Positions 9,966 through 19,200 are shown, numbered from the stretch's first letter. The stretch: DNA of 64,000 nucleotides from a virus (IMGVR_UViG_2910596823_000004), one strand, 5' to 3'. Notes: generated from the letters alone by a model not told the origin. A program made the numbers and translations.

Positions 9966-10616
9966 ATGTCTAACGTTGCTATCTCTAAAAAATCCATCAT
10001 CGACGCTGCTGTAGTTATCGCTAATGAATTACAAGTTGCAGCCAATAATGCTACTCAGACTTATAACAATCATTATCAGAATGGTACGCACACAAAAGCA
10101 GATAAAGCTAACATGCTTGCAGCGACTACCAAACTTGCATACTTCACCAACAACGTTTTAAACGCTGTTAATGATGAGAAATTAGCTGGTGTCTTTTACT
10201 ACGCGATTAAAGCAAGCAAACAAGCGCCAGAAGTGTTTTTCCGCGAAGCTATGACCAATAGCTATTCACTCGAAAAATTGGTTTATCTGGTTAAATCTAT
10301 CAAGTCTGGTAAATGCGTTTATTCCGTCGCTGATATGTCCGGATCTCGTGTATTCGCATTAATCGAAATGATTAATGATGAACTGGAAACATTCACAAAT
10401 GGCGCTGTTTTCGATTTGATGAATGAAGCCAAAAAAGAAAATGAAATTAAATTGGACGCTGGATATACGCAAGCCAACCAGCTGATCAATCTTTGTGAAC
10501 GTCTCGGACTGGTCGAAAAGATCAAAGGAATGGGCGCAGCGAAAAACGGATCGCAGCAATATCGCTTTATCAAGAATGATTTTTATAACTATCTGGCTGA
10601 TGCTTTCAAAGCGTAA
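9966..10616 (+). CDS. Hypothetical protein (216 aa) in a very AT-rich island
   Basis: Clear ORF whose A/T-rich codon usage differs from the backbone. Flanked by terminators. Confidence 0.55.
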   Translation: MSNVAISKKSIIDAAVVIANELQVAANNATQTYNNHYQNGTHTKADKANMLAATTKLAYFTNNVLNAVNDEKLAGVFYYAIKASKQAPEVFFREAMTNSYSLEKLVYLVKSIKSGKCVYSVADMSGSRVFALIEMINDELETFTNGAVFDLMNEAKKENEIKLDAGYTQANQLINLCERLGLVEKIKGMGAAKNGSQQYRFIKNDFYNYLADAFKA

Positions 10617-10626
10617 TTAGATGGAT

Positions 10627-10654
10627 ATAGCGCCCACTATGGGCGCTATTTTTA
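10627..10654 (+). terminator. Rho-independent terminator (copy 1)
   Basis: atagcgcccactatgggcgctat followed by TTTTT. Confidence 0.6.
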
Positions 10655-10666
10655 AGGATAAAAATC

Positions 10667-10822
10667 ATGATTAGTTATGACCAGATCCGCGCGGAATATC
10701 GCGCAAAATATCGCGCTTATAAACTTGAATTAATCGACGACTTAAAAGCGCAACGTGACAAATTAAATTTTACGTTTTCTGATTTGCTTAACAGCAAAAG
10801 AGACTGTAAACGCAAACGTTAA
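10667..10822 (+). CDS. Small basic hypothetical protein (51 aa; below the track cutoff)
   Basis: ATG 7 nt after an AAGGA RBS (MISYDQIRAEYRAKYR...). Ends before the second terminator copy. Confidence 0.35.
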   Translation: MISYDQIRAEYRAKYRAYKLELIDDLKAQRDKLNFTFSDLLNSKRDCKRKR

Positions 10823-10872
10823 TATTTGCGCTTGTCTGAAATGATCGGAAAACTGCAAAACAGCATTTAAGC

Positions 10873-10900
10873 AATAGCGCCCACTATGGGCGCTTTTTTC
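10873..10900 (+). terminator. Rho-independent terminator (copy 2; same stem as 10627)
   Basis: aatagcgcccactatgggcgct followed by TTTTTT. Confidence 0.6.
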
Positions 10901-10921
10901 GTTTCAAGATCCGCACATCAT

Positions 10922-10947
10922 AACGCGCCATTGTTGGCGCGTTTTTT
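10922..10947 (+). terminator. Terminator-like hairpin
   Basis: aacgcgcca-ttgtt-ggcgcgtt followed by TTTTTT. Confidence 0.45.
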
Positions 10948-10949
10948 AT

Positions 10950-11470
10950 TGTCTGAAGTCAGCCAAAACAGACCAAAAATAAGCGCCATAAACGCGCCAA
11001 TTTAACGCGTTTTTATGTGTGGTGGTACATACCCATTACCCACAATAAAAATCACGTTATAGCGCGTTTTACAGCGTTTTAGCGCGTGGATTATTTTGTC
11101 GTGTCGTGGGCGTGATCGTCTGGCGATAGCTGGCGACGTGATCCGCGCTATCCTTCGGGACGTGTCGGCAATGTTGGCGCTATCCGTGGGCGCTCGCGTA
11201 TCATTGGCACGTTGGCGCGACGTGTACGCGCTTGCAGTGGTTTACCCACGGATTCACATAATCACATAGCGAAAGCTATCTGGATGGCTCAGGGGCTGAA
11301 ACCCCACCAGCGCTACCCCAGCGCCGCTACGCAATTTCTGGCGCGATTCTGGGCTTCTCCCGCTCTGTTTTCTACATAAAGGCAAACCCAGCCGTTTCCC
11401 GAAAATTTCCTGACCGTTTCCCTTCGGTTCCCCGGACAGCTCTCTGGCCGTTTCTGAAATTCCCTGCGGC
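10950..11470. repeat. Repeat-dense non-coding region
   Basis: Contains GCGCG hairpins, three copies of GCGACGTG, two of GCGCTATCC, and three CCGTTTCCC copies (minus-sense GGGAAACGG). It holds no credible ORF. Confidence 0.5.
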
Positions 11471-11514
11471 AGCTGGTGGACGAAAAGAAAGGGGCGTTTC
11501 CGGCCCCTCCCCTC

Positions 11515-11997
11515 TTACTTGCCAGCCATGATGTGAATGCGGTTCTTTCCGTACACCTCTTTCACGTATTCCCCGCACGAGACACTCCACGAGTCGATTC
11601 CTGCTTCGTAGGTGACGTTTTTGCACTTGATGGCATTGTTGGCGATGCGCATCCCCTCCCCCACTGCTTCCTGTTCGCTGAAGTCGAACCCGGATTCTGT
11701 TTTAACCCATAGCGCGATCTGCGTGGCGAACTCGATGAGTTTTGACTGGCAGAAGCGACCGCTGCGTACCGGGAAGATGAATACGCCAAATCCCGAAGTG
11801 GAGACATACGCTTTCTCAAATACGCGCTTATGGCGACGGTTGCAGATTATGTCATTGGTGATCTGCTGTTTCTCTTTACCGGACAGTTCGATGGTTACAT
11901 TGTCACGCCAGGCGCCCAGCACGCTTTTCTCGTTATCAGAGAACGTCACAGAAATATGGCCATGCGCAGGGGTGTTAACAGTAGCGATAAAATTCAT
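11515..11997 (-). CDS. Hypothetical protein (160 aa)
   Basis: ORF directly preceded by a class-B motif at 12011-12045. Confidence 0.5.
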   Translation of the reverse strand: MNFIATVNTPAHGHISVTFSDNEKSVLGAWRDNVTIELSGKEKQQITNDIICNRRHKRVFEKAYVSTSGFGVFIFPVRSGRFCQSKLIEFATQIALWVKTESGFDFSEQEAVGEGMRIANNAIKCKNVTYEAGIDSWSVSCGEYVKEVYGKNRIHIMAGK

Positions 11998-12202
11998 GGT
12001 GATAATCCTTTAAACAACTTGTTTTCTTGTTTGTTTAATTATCGCTACGCGCATAAGGCGTCCAAGCGTTCTGTTTCGGCAACTGGTGGCCGGCAGGGAT
12101 TCGGAGGGTTGTTCGGTAGCCTGGCGGTAAGAGGTGGGTGTTTTTAGCCTGCGGGAAACAGGATGGTCATTTAAGGCCACCAGCATGGGTGGCCTCGTTT
12201 TC

Positions 12203-12499
12203 TTAGTGGAGCAGACCGACGTCGATGGTATCGCCGGAGCCATCCACGCGGATCATCAGCATGGCGAAAGCATTTAATGGGTATCCTGCGTGCCAGTCCG
12301 GGAAGCGGTCATCGCGCATGAAGTCGGCAATGTCATAAACGCTGTCCTCAAAGCGGAAGAAGCGGGCATCACATTGTTCGTCCTGTTCAATGTGATCCAT
12401 TTCCTGCTGCTCTTCCGGCGACAGGTCGAGCCAGGATTCCAGCCATACGTTTTCAGCTTTAGGGGAGATAGTGAAATCGGTCATGTGCATATCTTCCAT
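12203..12499 (-). CDS. Hypothetical acidic protein (98 aa)
   Basis: ORF preceded by a class-B motif at 12503-12537. Confidence 0.45.
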   Translation of the reverse strand: MEDMHMTDFTISPKAENVWLESWLDLSPEEQQEMDHIEQDEQCDARFFRFEDSVYDIADFMRDDRFPDWHAGYPLNAFAMLMIRVDGSGDTIDVGLLH

Positions 12500-12611
12500 G
12501 CGTAAACATCTTGTTTTCTAGTTGGTGTAATTATCGCAGTGTGGATAAGGCAAAAAACATTTTGTTATCGGGGATAAGAAAATGGCGCGGGGTACGCGCC
12601 ATTGGAAGGGA

Positions 12612-13007
12612 TTATTCAAACACGCTTTCGGGAATAAATTCGTCTACCATCGCGCTGGAAACGATGCGCAGACCGTATTGACCCATCCAGGTGCTGTTAG
12701 AGTTCAAATCAGAGGTAAACAGCGTGTCGACTCTGGTCATCAGCTTATCGAACATCGCCTTGTCCGCGGTGCGGAAGTACGCTTCCAGCTTTAGCAGCAG
12801 CGGGTCGGTTGCGTTGCTGATGTTCTGATAACCTACGGTGTATACCGCACTTTCACCTTCCCCCTCGCGCACTAAGGTGCTGGTGTGAACCTCCGTTCCG
12901 GTAGTGTTGTCACGCAGAACGACGGTCAGTTTGGCAACTTTCTCGCCGAAGGTGGTTTCGGACGCATAATGTAAATCCAGCACAAGATTTTCGCGTAAAA
13001 CAGTCAT
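12612..13007 (-). CDS. Hypothetical protein (131 aa)
   Basis: ORF with a palindromic element upstream (13046-13064). Confidence 0.45.
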   Translation of the reverse strand: MTVLRENLVLDLHYASETTFGEKVAKLTVVLRDNTTGTEVHTSTLVREGEGESAVYTVGYQNISNATDPLLLKLEAYFRTADKAMFDKLMTRVDTLFTSDLNSNSTWMGQYGLRIVSSAMVDEFIPESVFE

Positions 13008-13074
13008 CTTTATCTCCCTGTATTTGACTAACCTATATTATTGTCATAGGTATGTACTTACAATACAGGAGACT

Positions 13075-13101
13075 AAAAAAGCCCCGAAGGATGAACGGGG
13101 C
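13075..13101 (-). terminator. Rho-independent terminator (minus strand)
   Basis: Minus-sense hairpin agccccgttcatccttcggggct followed by TTTTTT. Confidence 0.55.
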
Positions 13102-13134
13102 TGTCGTAGGGTCGACTAATCGCTTTTGCACATG

Positions 13135-13446
13135 TCAGGCTGTCGCCAGGAGAGAGGCACGCTGGATTTCTTGCTGGGCTGCTTTGTTCGCCTCCAGTAG
13201 CGCCTGTTCCAGCTCTCCTTCCGGCCAGATAATCTGTTTTGCCATCCACCCTCTTCCACTCTGGCGACGCACACTCATGACGTAACGCGTGCGGGAACCA
13301 TTGTCGAATGAGACCAGCGTCTCTTTGAACAGGCGAATGGCAGTGCCGTTGGCGATGATATCGAGCAGGGTCAGCTGGCTCATTGCGGTTGGCTTTTCTT
13401 TACGTGGCTGGCCCGCACTCAGTTTGGTGATCATCGCGTTTTTCAT
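13135..13446 (-). CDS. Hypothetical protein (103 aa)
   Basis: ORF preceded by a class-B motif at 13458-13493. Confidence 0.45.
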   Translation of the reverse strand: MKNAMITKLSAGQPRKEKPTAMSQLTLLDIIANGTAIRLFKETLVSFDNGSRTRYVMSVRRQSGRGWMAKQIIWPEGELEQALLEANKAAQQEIQRASLLATA

Positions 13447-13586
13447 AATTCACTCCGTAAACAACTTGTTTTCTTGTTGGTGTAAATAATACCAGCGAGA
13501 AAACGGCTACAAAGCATAGCGTTACGGCGCTGCGCAGCCCCGGAGGTTGCAAACAGCAAAAAGCCACCGTGCTGGTGGCCTCACGC

Positions 13587-13803
13587 TTAATCTTCGTCGT
13601 CCGGGAACTCGATGTGTACCGCATCCACCAGCTCCCGCTGTTCATCTTCACTGAGCAGGTGCCAGATCTCCTTCCCTTTGGGTGATTCCCCTTCAGCTGG
13701 TACGAACGACCACAACTTGCGGTACAACTCCGGCCCCACTGCATCCAGGCATTCAGCCAGGGAATCCACGCTCCACACCTCAACCATCACAGGCATCTTA
13801 ATC
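13587..13803 (-). CDS. Hypothetical acidic protein (72 aa)
   Basis: ATG at 13801-13803 preceded by a GAGGG RBS (MIKMPVMVEVWSVDSL...). The longer track ORF, 13587..13997, overlaps the next gene. Confidence 0.4.
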
Positions 13804-13815
13804 ATCTCTTCACCC

Positions 13816-14031
13816 TCACTTCGTTTCTGACATCGTGCAGTTCCACGCGACGGACATTGGGTTGTCCTCGATATGGAAATCAAACGTCCCTTCTCTGTAT
13901 CCTTCAGAGATGAGCGTCGCCACGCGGCCAGCAACATCCAGGGAACGGATAACGTCATCGAGGGAGATCTCACACTCGGATGACGCTTCCTCGCCACAGA
14001 GGGTGATGCTGATATTCAGATGTTTGTACAT
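13816..14031 (-). CDS. Hypothetical protein (71 aa)
   Basis: ORF preceded by a class-B motif at 14047-14081. Confidence 0.4.
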   Translation of the reverse strand: MYKHLNISITLCGEEASSECEISLDDVIRSLDVAGRVATLISEGYREGTFDFHIEDNPMSVAWNCTMSETK

Positions 14032-14176
14032 GTGTTTCTCCTTTGTCTAAACACATTGTTTTCTTGTGTGTGTTATTATCGCAATAAGAAAACGGGGAAA
14101 AAGAATTCCTTAAAGGCTGATGTGCTTGTGCCGATTTATTGATATGTATGTATCTGGCTAACTCAGAGGGAATGTG

Positions 14177-14419
14177 ATGAGCACTAAAGACTACACAGAC
14201 GGGTACTTCAGCATCGACGCCGAGAGAGGCGAGTTGCTACATGGCGGCATCGCTGTCGGACGCGTCATTTTGGTTAACGGTCAGATTTACACAGAGCTGG
14301 ACGATACCAGTTCAAGCGCACCTGTCGTCTCCGGCCCCTTCGGGACAAGAGAAGAGGCGCTCGATGATTTGTGGGACAACAGAGACGATGCGAATCAGGG
14401 CAGTGAGATTTTCGAATAA
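14177..14419 (+). CDS. Hypothetical protein (80 aa)
   Basis: ORF transcribed divergently from the small-gene cluster. Confidence 0.4.
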   Translation: MSTKDYTDGYFSIDAERGELLHGGIAVGRVILVNGQIYTELDDTSSSAPVVSGPFGTREEALDDLWDNRDDANQGSEIFE

Positions 14420-14429
14420 ACGTCCTCGG

Positions 14430-15700
14430 CGATTTCACCACCAAAACCCGTAACCCTTTACACTAGATCTGGCTTCCCGACATGAGCGTGCGAAGCTGAT
14501 CTGGTCTCAACGCTCAACTGCGGGATTCACCAATTCCCGCACTCTTCAGGTGAATGAGGAAAAGGCATACTCCCGCAGCCGCCCCTCGCTCTGAACCGGG
14601 ATGTACCCGTTTCCCGACCGGCAGCCAGCCTTTTCTCGGTTCGTATAGCGGGATTCCCACCGTTTCCCTGAAAACCTCCAGCCTTTTCCCTACGGCGATG
14701 CCCCGTTCCTGAAAAGGGACATGGCCTTTTCCCTGGATGGCCCGAAGGTTGACCGAAGGGGTGGATAGGGACGTTACGGGGGATGAAAACTATGGCTTGA
14801 ATTTCTACGAAGAAAGTAGCGATACCCCTCTTCCCCTTCCCACTTATACCTCCAGTTAAATCTCTACGGATTTTCTCTCCTGTGGACGTGCAAACCTTCC
14901 CCCTGATAACACTCTATACGGCGAGTATTCCTTTGGGTGAAATGGGTGGTTTGTTCTCTCTACCGGCGTATGTGGTTTCGTTCTTTTTGAGGTGGTTCTT
15001 CTCTGTGTTTTCGTCTGGGGTGTTCTCGTCGTTTTGGGGAGTGTTCTTCTCCCTGTATGGAGTAATGGCAGGTGCGCTTTTCTCTTCGTTTACGTGAAAT
15101 TGTGGAAGTGTGGGTAATGGCAGTAGGGCGCTTTAGTTGTTCTCCGCATATGAAGTAATGGCGTTCCCTGCTATTCAGGGATTTGCGCTCTCTTTCGGGG
15201 TAATGGTGGGTAAAGGAGATTGCGACGGTTCCTGTTCTGGTCTGGGTTTGTCCGGGGTTTCGTTCTGGCTGTTCTTCTCCGTGTATTGGGTAATGGCATA
15301 TAGGGGTTTGCGTGCACGAGCTGCATTCACGGTTGCCTGGGGAGATTAGGTGGGTGCTCTGTAGCCTGGGGCAAAGAGGTGGGTCTTTTCGGTAGCCTGA
15401 CAGGAAGAGGTGGGTGTTTCCGGGATTGTGGGTAATGGCGTCTCTGGGTTTCCTGTGGGTGTGGTTAACTTGTTTTCTTGTGCCTGAAAACAACTTGTTT
15501 AGATGTCCAACATAACGCAACGGGAGCGCTTCTGAGCGTGTCTGCTTTTGGGTGGTATCACGAGTCGTTTTTGACGTTTTGGTCGCAGGGAGATGGATTC
15601 TGGTGCGCAGGAATTTGGGTATAAGAGATGGCGTGCGAAAACATCAATTTTTTAGACCAAATCAGGGGAAAGCGTTGACTTTTCGTTGACGTGTTATTTA
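14430..15700. repeat. Large non-coding repeat region, G+T-rich on the plus strand
   Basis: Six copies of GTAATGGC, roughly 44-50 bp apart or multiples of that. Further repeats of TAGCCTG..AAGAGGTGGGT and CCTTTTCCC/CCGTTTCCC. The only ORFs are compositional artefacts. Confidence 0.55.
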
Positions 15701-15853
15701 TTTGTTTTCTTATGGGGGTAATTGGCTTAAATGCCTTGTCACGCCTGGGTTGGGGTAGGTTGGAGAGGTGGGGAAAGTGGCGATCAACGGACTCTTATAG
15801 AAATCCTCAATTTGTGACCGCCAATGTCAACGGATTGATTAAGCTAGTTGTGC

Positions 15854-17044
15854 TCAAACATCTCCGTTCTTAATCCACTGCCTGATTTCCTCGTCTCGTG
15901 CGACTTCTTTCTCGTGTTGGGTAACATACAGGTCGGGTAAAAGAGGTGGAGCGAATTCTGGCTCTGTCGAACACCACTTTTCATATGCCTCACGCATAGA
16001 TTTTTCTACATCCCAATGTTCCAACTCTTGGTATTCAATCGGCCAGTTATCCTGCAATTTCTTCACAGCTTTAGCCACGTCGTACCGGAAGTAAGGGTTA
16101 AGACCAATGAAATTACCAGCCAGCATGTCATCAACCTCCTTCACTCTGGCAATCTTGGAAAACTTACCAATAGCAATGTTGAGATCCCAATCAGACACGA
16201 ATAACAGCAGTGCGGCAAATGCCAGAAACTTAGCCTCTCCATATGCTCTGTCGCTAACCGTTTTTGTCTTAAACTCAATGTAATTGCTCATCACAAACCC
16301 AGTAAGCTTGTAAGTCTTATTTATCTCATCTTCCAAAAGCGATGGGTCGAGAATTGCACGGCCACGATTATTATCTATGTGTTCTAAGATTGCCGAAATG
16401 TCTCTATGGGATACTGAAATTTTACGCAATTGCTGGAGAGTCTTGATGTGAACTCTTAGCACCTCTTTGTCAATTGCACGAGACCAAGAAAAACCAGGCA
16501 CAGTAGCCTGAATGGGTGAGAAAGGCATAATATCCGGGTTTGTCCATGCCAAATATGATTCACGTAACCCGCTAATATAGTCAAGCCAATCCAAATGACC
16601 CTTTTCCAGCCATATTTCAAATGTGGAGTCCTTACGCTTATTGAAGAACCATTCCCTCATCTGCCACATTTTTTCTTGCGTAAAAATCCCTTCCTGTATG
16701 CCGGCGCATACCAGTTTTCGTATTACCTGCGAATACTTTGTTCGATCTTTCGTGAATGTGACAAGGTGCTGCCTTACCTCAGATGTTAACCTATCTCCGT
16801 AGAAGTCACATGATGGATGGTGGCCTTGGCCAGCTTCACCAGTAAATCTGAAATGCGCCTTCTTGTGATAACCATCATTCCTAGAGGCTCTAACAAACGA
16901 GCCACCTCCGACTTTGCAAATTGGACAGATGATGTCTTCACGAGCGACAGCATGAACTGAGCTGTCATCTAAATTTTTAAGTGCCAAGTACTGCTCGGGG
17001 TCGACTTCCTTTTGTAACGATTTCGAAAAAGCTGTATCCGTCAT
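15854..17044 (-). CDS. Hypothetical protein (396 aa) with N-terminal Cys/His cluster (CPICK...HHPSC)
   Basis: Long ORF. GC looks lower than the backbone by eye. Similar ~30-bp motifs lie at 15693-15722 and 17128-17160. Confidence 0.55.
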   Translation of the reverse strand: MTDTAFSKSLQKEVDPEQYLALKNLDDSSVHAVAREDIICPICKVGGGSFVRASRNDGYHKKAHFRFTGEAGQGHHPSCDFYGDRLTSEVRQHLVTFTKDRTKYSQVIRKLVCAGIQEGIFTQEKMWQMREWFFNKRKDSTFEIWLEKGHLDWLDYISGLRESYLAWTNPDIMPFSPIQATVPGFSWSRAIDKEVLRVHIKTLQQLRKISVSHRDISAILEHIDNNRGRAILDPSLLEDEINKTYKLTGFVMSNYIEFKTKTVSDRAYGEAKFLAFAALLLFVSDWDLNIAIGKFSKIARVKEVDDMLAGNFIGLNPYFRYDVAKAVKKLQDNWPIEYQELEHWDVEKSMREAYEKWCSTEPEFAPPLLPDLYVTQHEKEVARDEEIRQWIKNGDV

Positions 17045-17185
17045 ATTGTCCTCTTAAATGTCTCGTTCCAGTAATCGGTTGACTAAGGGGGCCGATCAAC
17101 TACTTAGCCAAGATATTATAGCTCTTGTTATTTATTTGTTTTCTTATATGTGTAAACAAATAAACGCTACAATTTCGACAATAAC

Positions 17186-18151
17186 TCAATTCCTATTGTG
17201 TCCTACTGAACGAGAAAGCAGTATGCGTTTCCAGTGTGATTCTCGTCGGTTTATCTCGCAGGCGTCACTGTTAATGTCCATGATTTCCAGAATAGAGAAC
17301 GTGACATTCTTGAGCCTTTCCTCATCGCCGGTTCCAAACGCTTCAATCAGGCCAGCATTCCCGCCGTGACCCGTTTTAAAGTAGGTCTTCCATCTTCCCC
17401 ATATTCCGCCTTTGCCGTTTGCCTGGCCAACATACAACTTCTCGCCATCAACATCAGTCAGCAGGTAGATGCCTTTGACAATACTCAGTGCAGTTCTCCA
17501 CGACTTTAACTCCTGCCGAATGATGGTTCCGAGACTGGCTCTGTCCAGAACTACGTCTTTGTAGCCGGGAAACTCGCCAAATGATAGACAGGATGGCGCA
17601 ATCTCAACGACTCGCAGTTTTCCGGCAAGAGTTTCGCCGTTCAAAATAGATCTGCGAGGACGCTCCGCACTGACATACAAACGTCCACGATATTCATCCA
17701 GTTCAGGAACAGGTGTCAGTTGATAGAGATAGTAGTCTTCGTTCCGGCCAGGTACTGCATGTGATGCTGTCAGAGAACACCCAACGTTGAGATAGGTGCC
17801 AGCATAGAGAAATCGCGCCTTATCTTCAGTCTGAATAAGAGAGACAACGTAAGTACGATTGAAGCTTTTCAGCTTCTGCAGGCATTGCCAGTCGTCGAAC
17901 GTCTCTTTCACGAACTCCTGTATCGGGTTTTCTTTATATTCGTTGGTGCTGGCTAAATGAATTTTGCTGTTATTTGGGGTCAGCTGCGGGTATAGCGACT
18001 GAAGGTACTGGAATAGTTCCATGCAGAAAATGTCCCTTATGAGATCGGCTCTGATATCTGGTATCTCACATGGAGAGCCGATCTGTCCACGACAAAAAAA
18101 AAGGCTTACCAGTCCCAGCCAGGTAATCCGTCCACCAGCTCGGCGTCGCAA
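17186..18151 (-). CDS. Protein with C-terminal GIY-YIG nuclease domain
   Basis: C-terminus reads KGIYLLTDVDGEKLYVGQANGKGGIWGRWKTY...NRRESHWKRIL (GIY...YVG plus conserved R and E). The N-terminal ~200 aa are unassigned. The true start may be the ATG at 18022 (MELFQYL). Confidence 0.55.
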   Translation of the reverse strand: MRRRAGGRITWLGLVSLFFCRGQIGSPCEIPDIRADLIRDIFCMELFQYLQSLYPQLTPNNSKIHLASTNEYKENPIQEFVKETFDDWQCLQKLKSFNRTYVVSLIQTEDKARFLYAGTYLNVGCSLTASHAVPGRNEDYYLYQLTPVPELDEYRGRLYVSAERPRRSILNGETLAGKLRVVEIAPSCLSFGEFPGYKDVVLDRASLGTIIRQELKSWRTALSIVKGIYLLTDVDGEKLYVGQANGKGGIWGRWKTYFKTGHGGNAGLIEAFGTGDEERLKNVTFSILEIMDINSDACEINRRESHWKRILLSRSVGHNRN

Positions 18152-18426
18152 TCGAAGTGAACCGCGTCAAAGCCGGCATCCACTATGGTCTGTATGTTAG
18201 AGATCGTCTCTTCGGAAATGCCATACTCACGCAGCTCTTCTTTCCAGTCATTCCCTCGCATTCCAGCACGAACAATCCAGCCGTACTGTGTACCGTGTAC
18301 CCAATTCAACCCGCGATCAGAAAGTGGGTCGAAGCAGGCAATGGGTAGCCGTTCTGAATCCGCTGCCGTTACGTGGGCGGTGCTGATCACCGCCGTCTTA
18401 TACGATTCGGTGATTTTCAGCATCAT
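18106..18426 (-). CDS. Hypothetical protein (106 aa)
   Basis: ORF. Its stop is followed by a T9 run and an imperfect hairpin. Confidence 0.45.
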   Translation of the reverse strand: MMLKITESYKTAVISTAHVTAADSERLPIACFDPLSDRGLNWVHGTQYGWIVRAGMRGNDWKEELREYGISEETISNIQTIVDAGFDAVHFDCDAELVDGLPGWDW

Positions 18427-18677
18427 GCCTTCTCCTTTGGAAACAGAATGTCGGCCGTGTCAGAAATGACATCCCAATTCACGCCGACGCTGGCGTCATG
18501 GCACTCTTTGATTTTTCGCAAAACCTGAACGCACTGTTCGTCAGTCAGGTCTGGTCGCACTTCACCTACATCTTCCTTGTGCCACATCACCATCAGCAGC
18601 GGCTCGTCTTCTGGGTAGTTCTCCAGCTTTTCGATGATGTCTTTTGCGGTTCCGAGCATGATTAACCCCTTAAACAA
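18423..18677 (-). CDS. Hypothetical protein (84 aa)
   Basis: ORF preceded by a class-B motif at 18671-18703. Confidence 0.45.
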   Translation of the reverse strand: MFKGLIMLGTAKDIIEKLENYPEDEPLLMVMWHKEDVGEVRPDLTDEQCVQVLRKIKECHDASVGVNWDVISDTADILFPKEKA

Positions 18678-18864
18678 TTTGTCTTCTTGTTGGTGTTATT
18701 ATCTCAAATAACAAAAGGCAGAAAACAAGATGTTTAAGGGATGATTAGGTGAGTTTGAAGTCGTCTATGTCATCAACAAACTCCATATACCTGGCTTCGA
18801 CACTCGACAATCTGATCAGATACGCAAGCCCGTAACTAAGTGAAGTGGGTTGCTCCAGCACAAA

Positions 18865-19011
18865 TTAGAACCCATCATCATGCGTTTTACCAAGCCAGAA
18901 TCCCCCACCGTATTCTTTTTCACGTTGGAAGAAAACGAACTGTCCTGGTATCAGGTGTTTGAGTGCTTCGCCTCTATAGACGATCTCATATTTGGAATTT
19001 TTGATGCCCAT
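18865..19011 (-). CDS. Small hypothetical protein (48 aa; below the track cutoff)
   Basis: ATG at 19009-19011 after a GAGG RBS. Translates as MGIKNSKYEIVYRGEALKHLIPGQFVFFQREKEYGGGFWLGKTHDDGF. A class-B-like motif lies upstream. It competes with a plus-strand ORF at 18850..19041. Confidence 0.3.
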   Translation of the reverse strand: MGIKNSKYEIVYRGEALKHLIPGQFVFFQREKEYGGGFWLGKTHDDGF

Positions 19012-19200
19012 TTTTCCCGCCTCATAACACTGTATAAATAAACAGTAATAATTATTGCAGTACCGGTCAACTTTGCTGGTTAAGGGAATAACAAGGTGGT
19101 GAAAACAATTTGTTTCGGCACTTGAGATTTTGCAAATCGCACATACATGGAAAACGGCAATTATTGAAACCTGATTTGACCCATGTGAAAGGAGGAAACG

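Noticed and set aside
14880-15450. Possible CRISPR array, because of the repeated GTAATGGC units
   Set aside because: The repeats are only 8-10 bp, spacing is irregular (43-143 bp), there are no uniform spacers and there are no cas genes. It reads as dispersed short repeats, not a CRISPR.
14960-15520. 186-aa minus-strand ORF in the repeat region
   Set aside because: It is extremely His/Pro/Arg/Thr-rich, as expected from translating a C/A-rich repeat. It has no RBS context and it coincides with the GTAATGGC repeat array.
19025-19040. T4-type late promoter (TATAAATA) or MotA-box interpretation of the recurring motifs
   Set aside because: TATAAATA occurs only 2-3 times, and TGCTT(T/C)A appears in only two palindrome variants (25108, 55804). 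Neither explains the recurrent elements.
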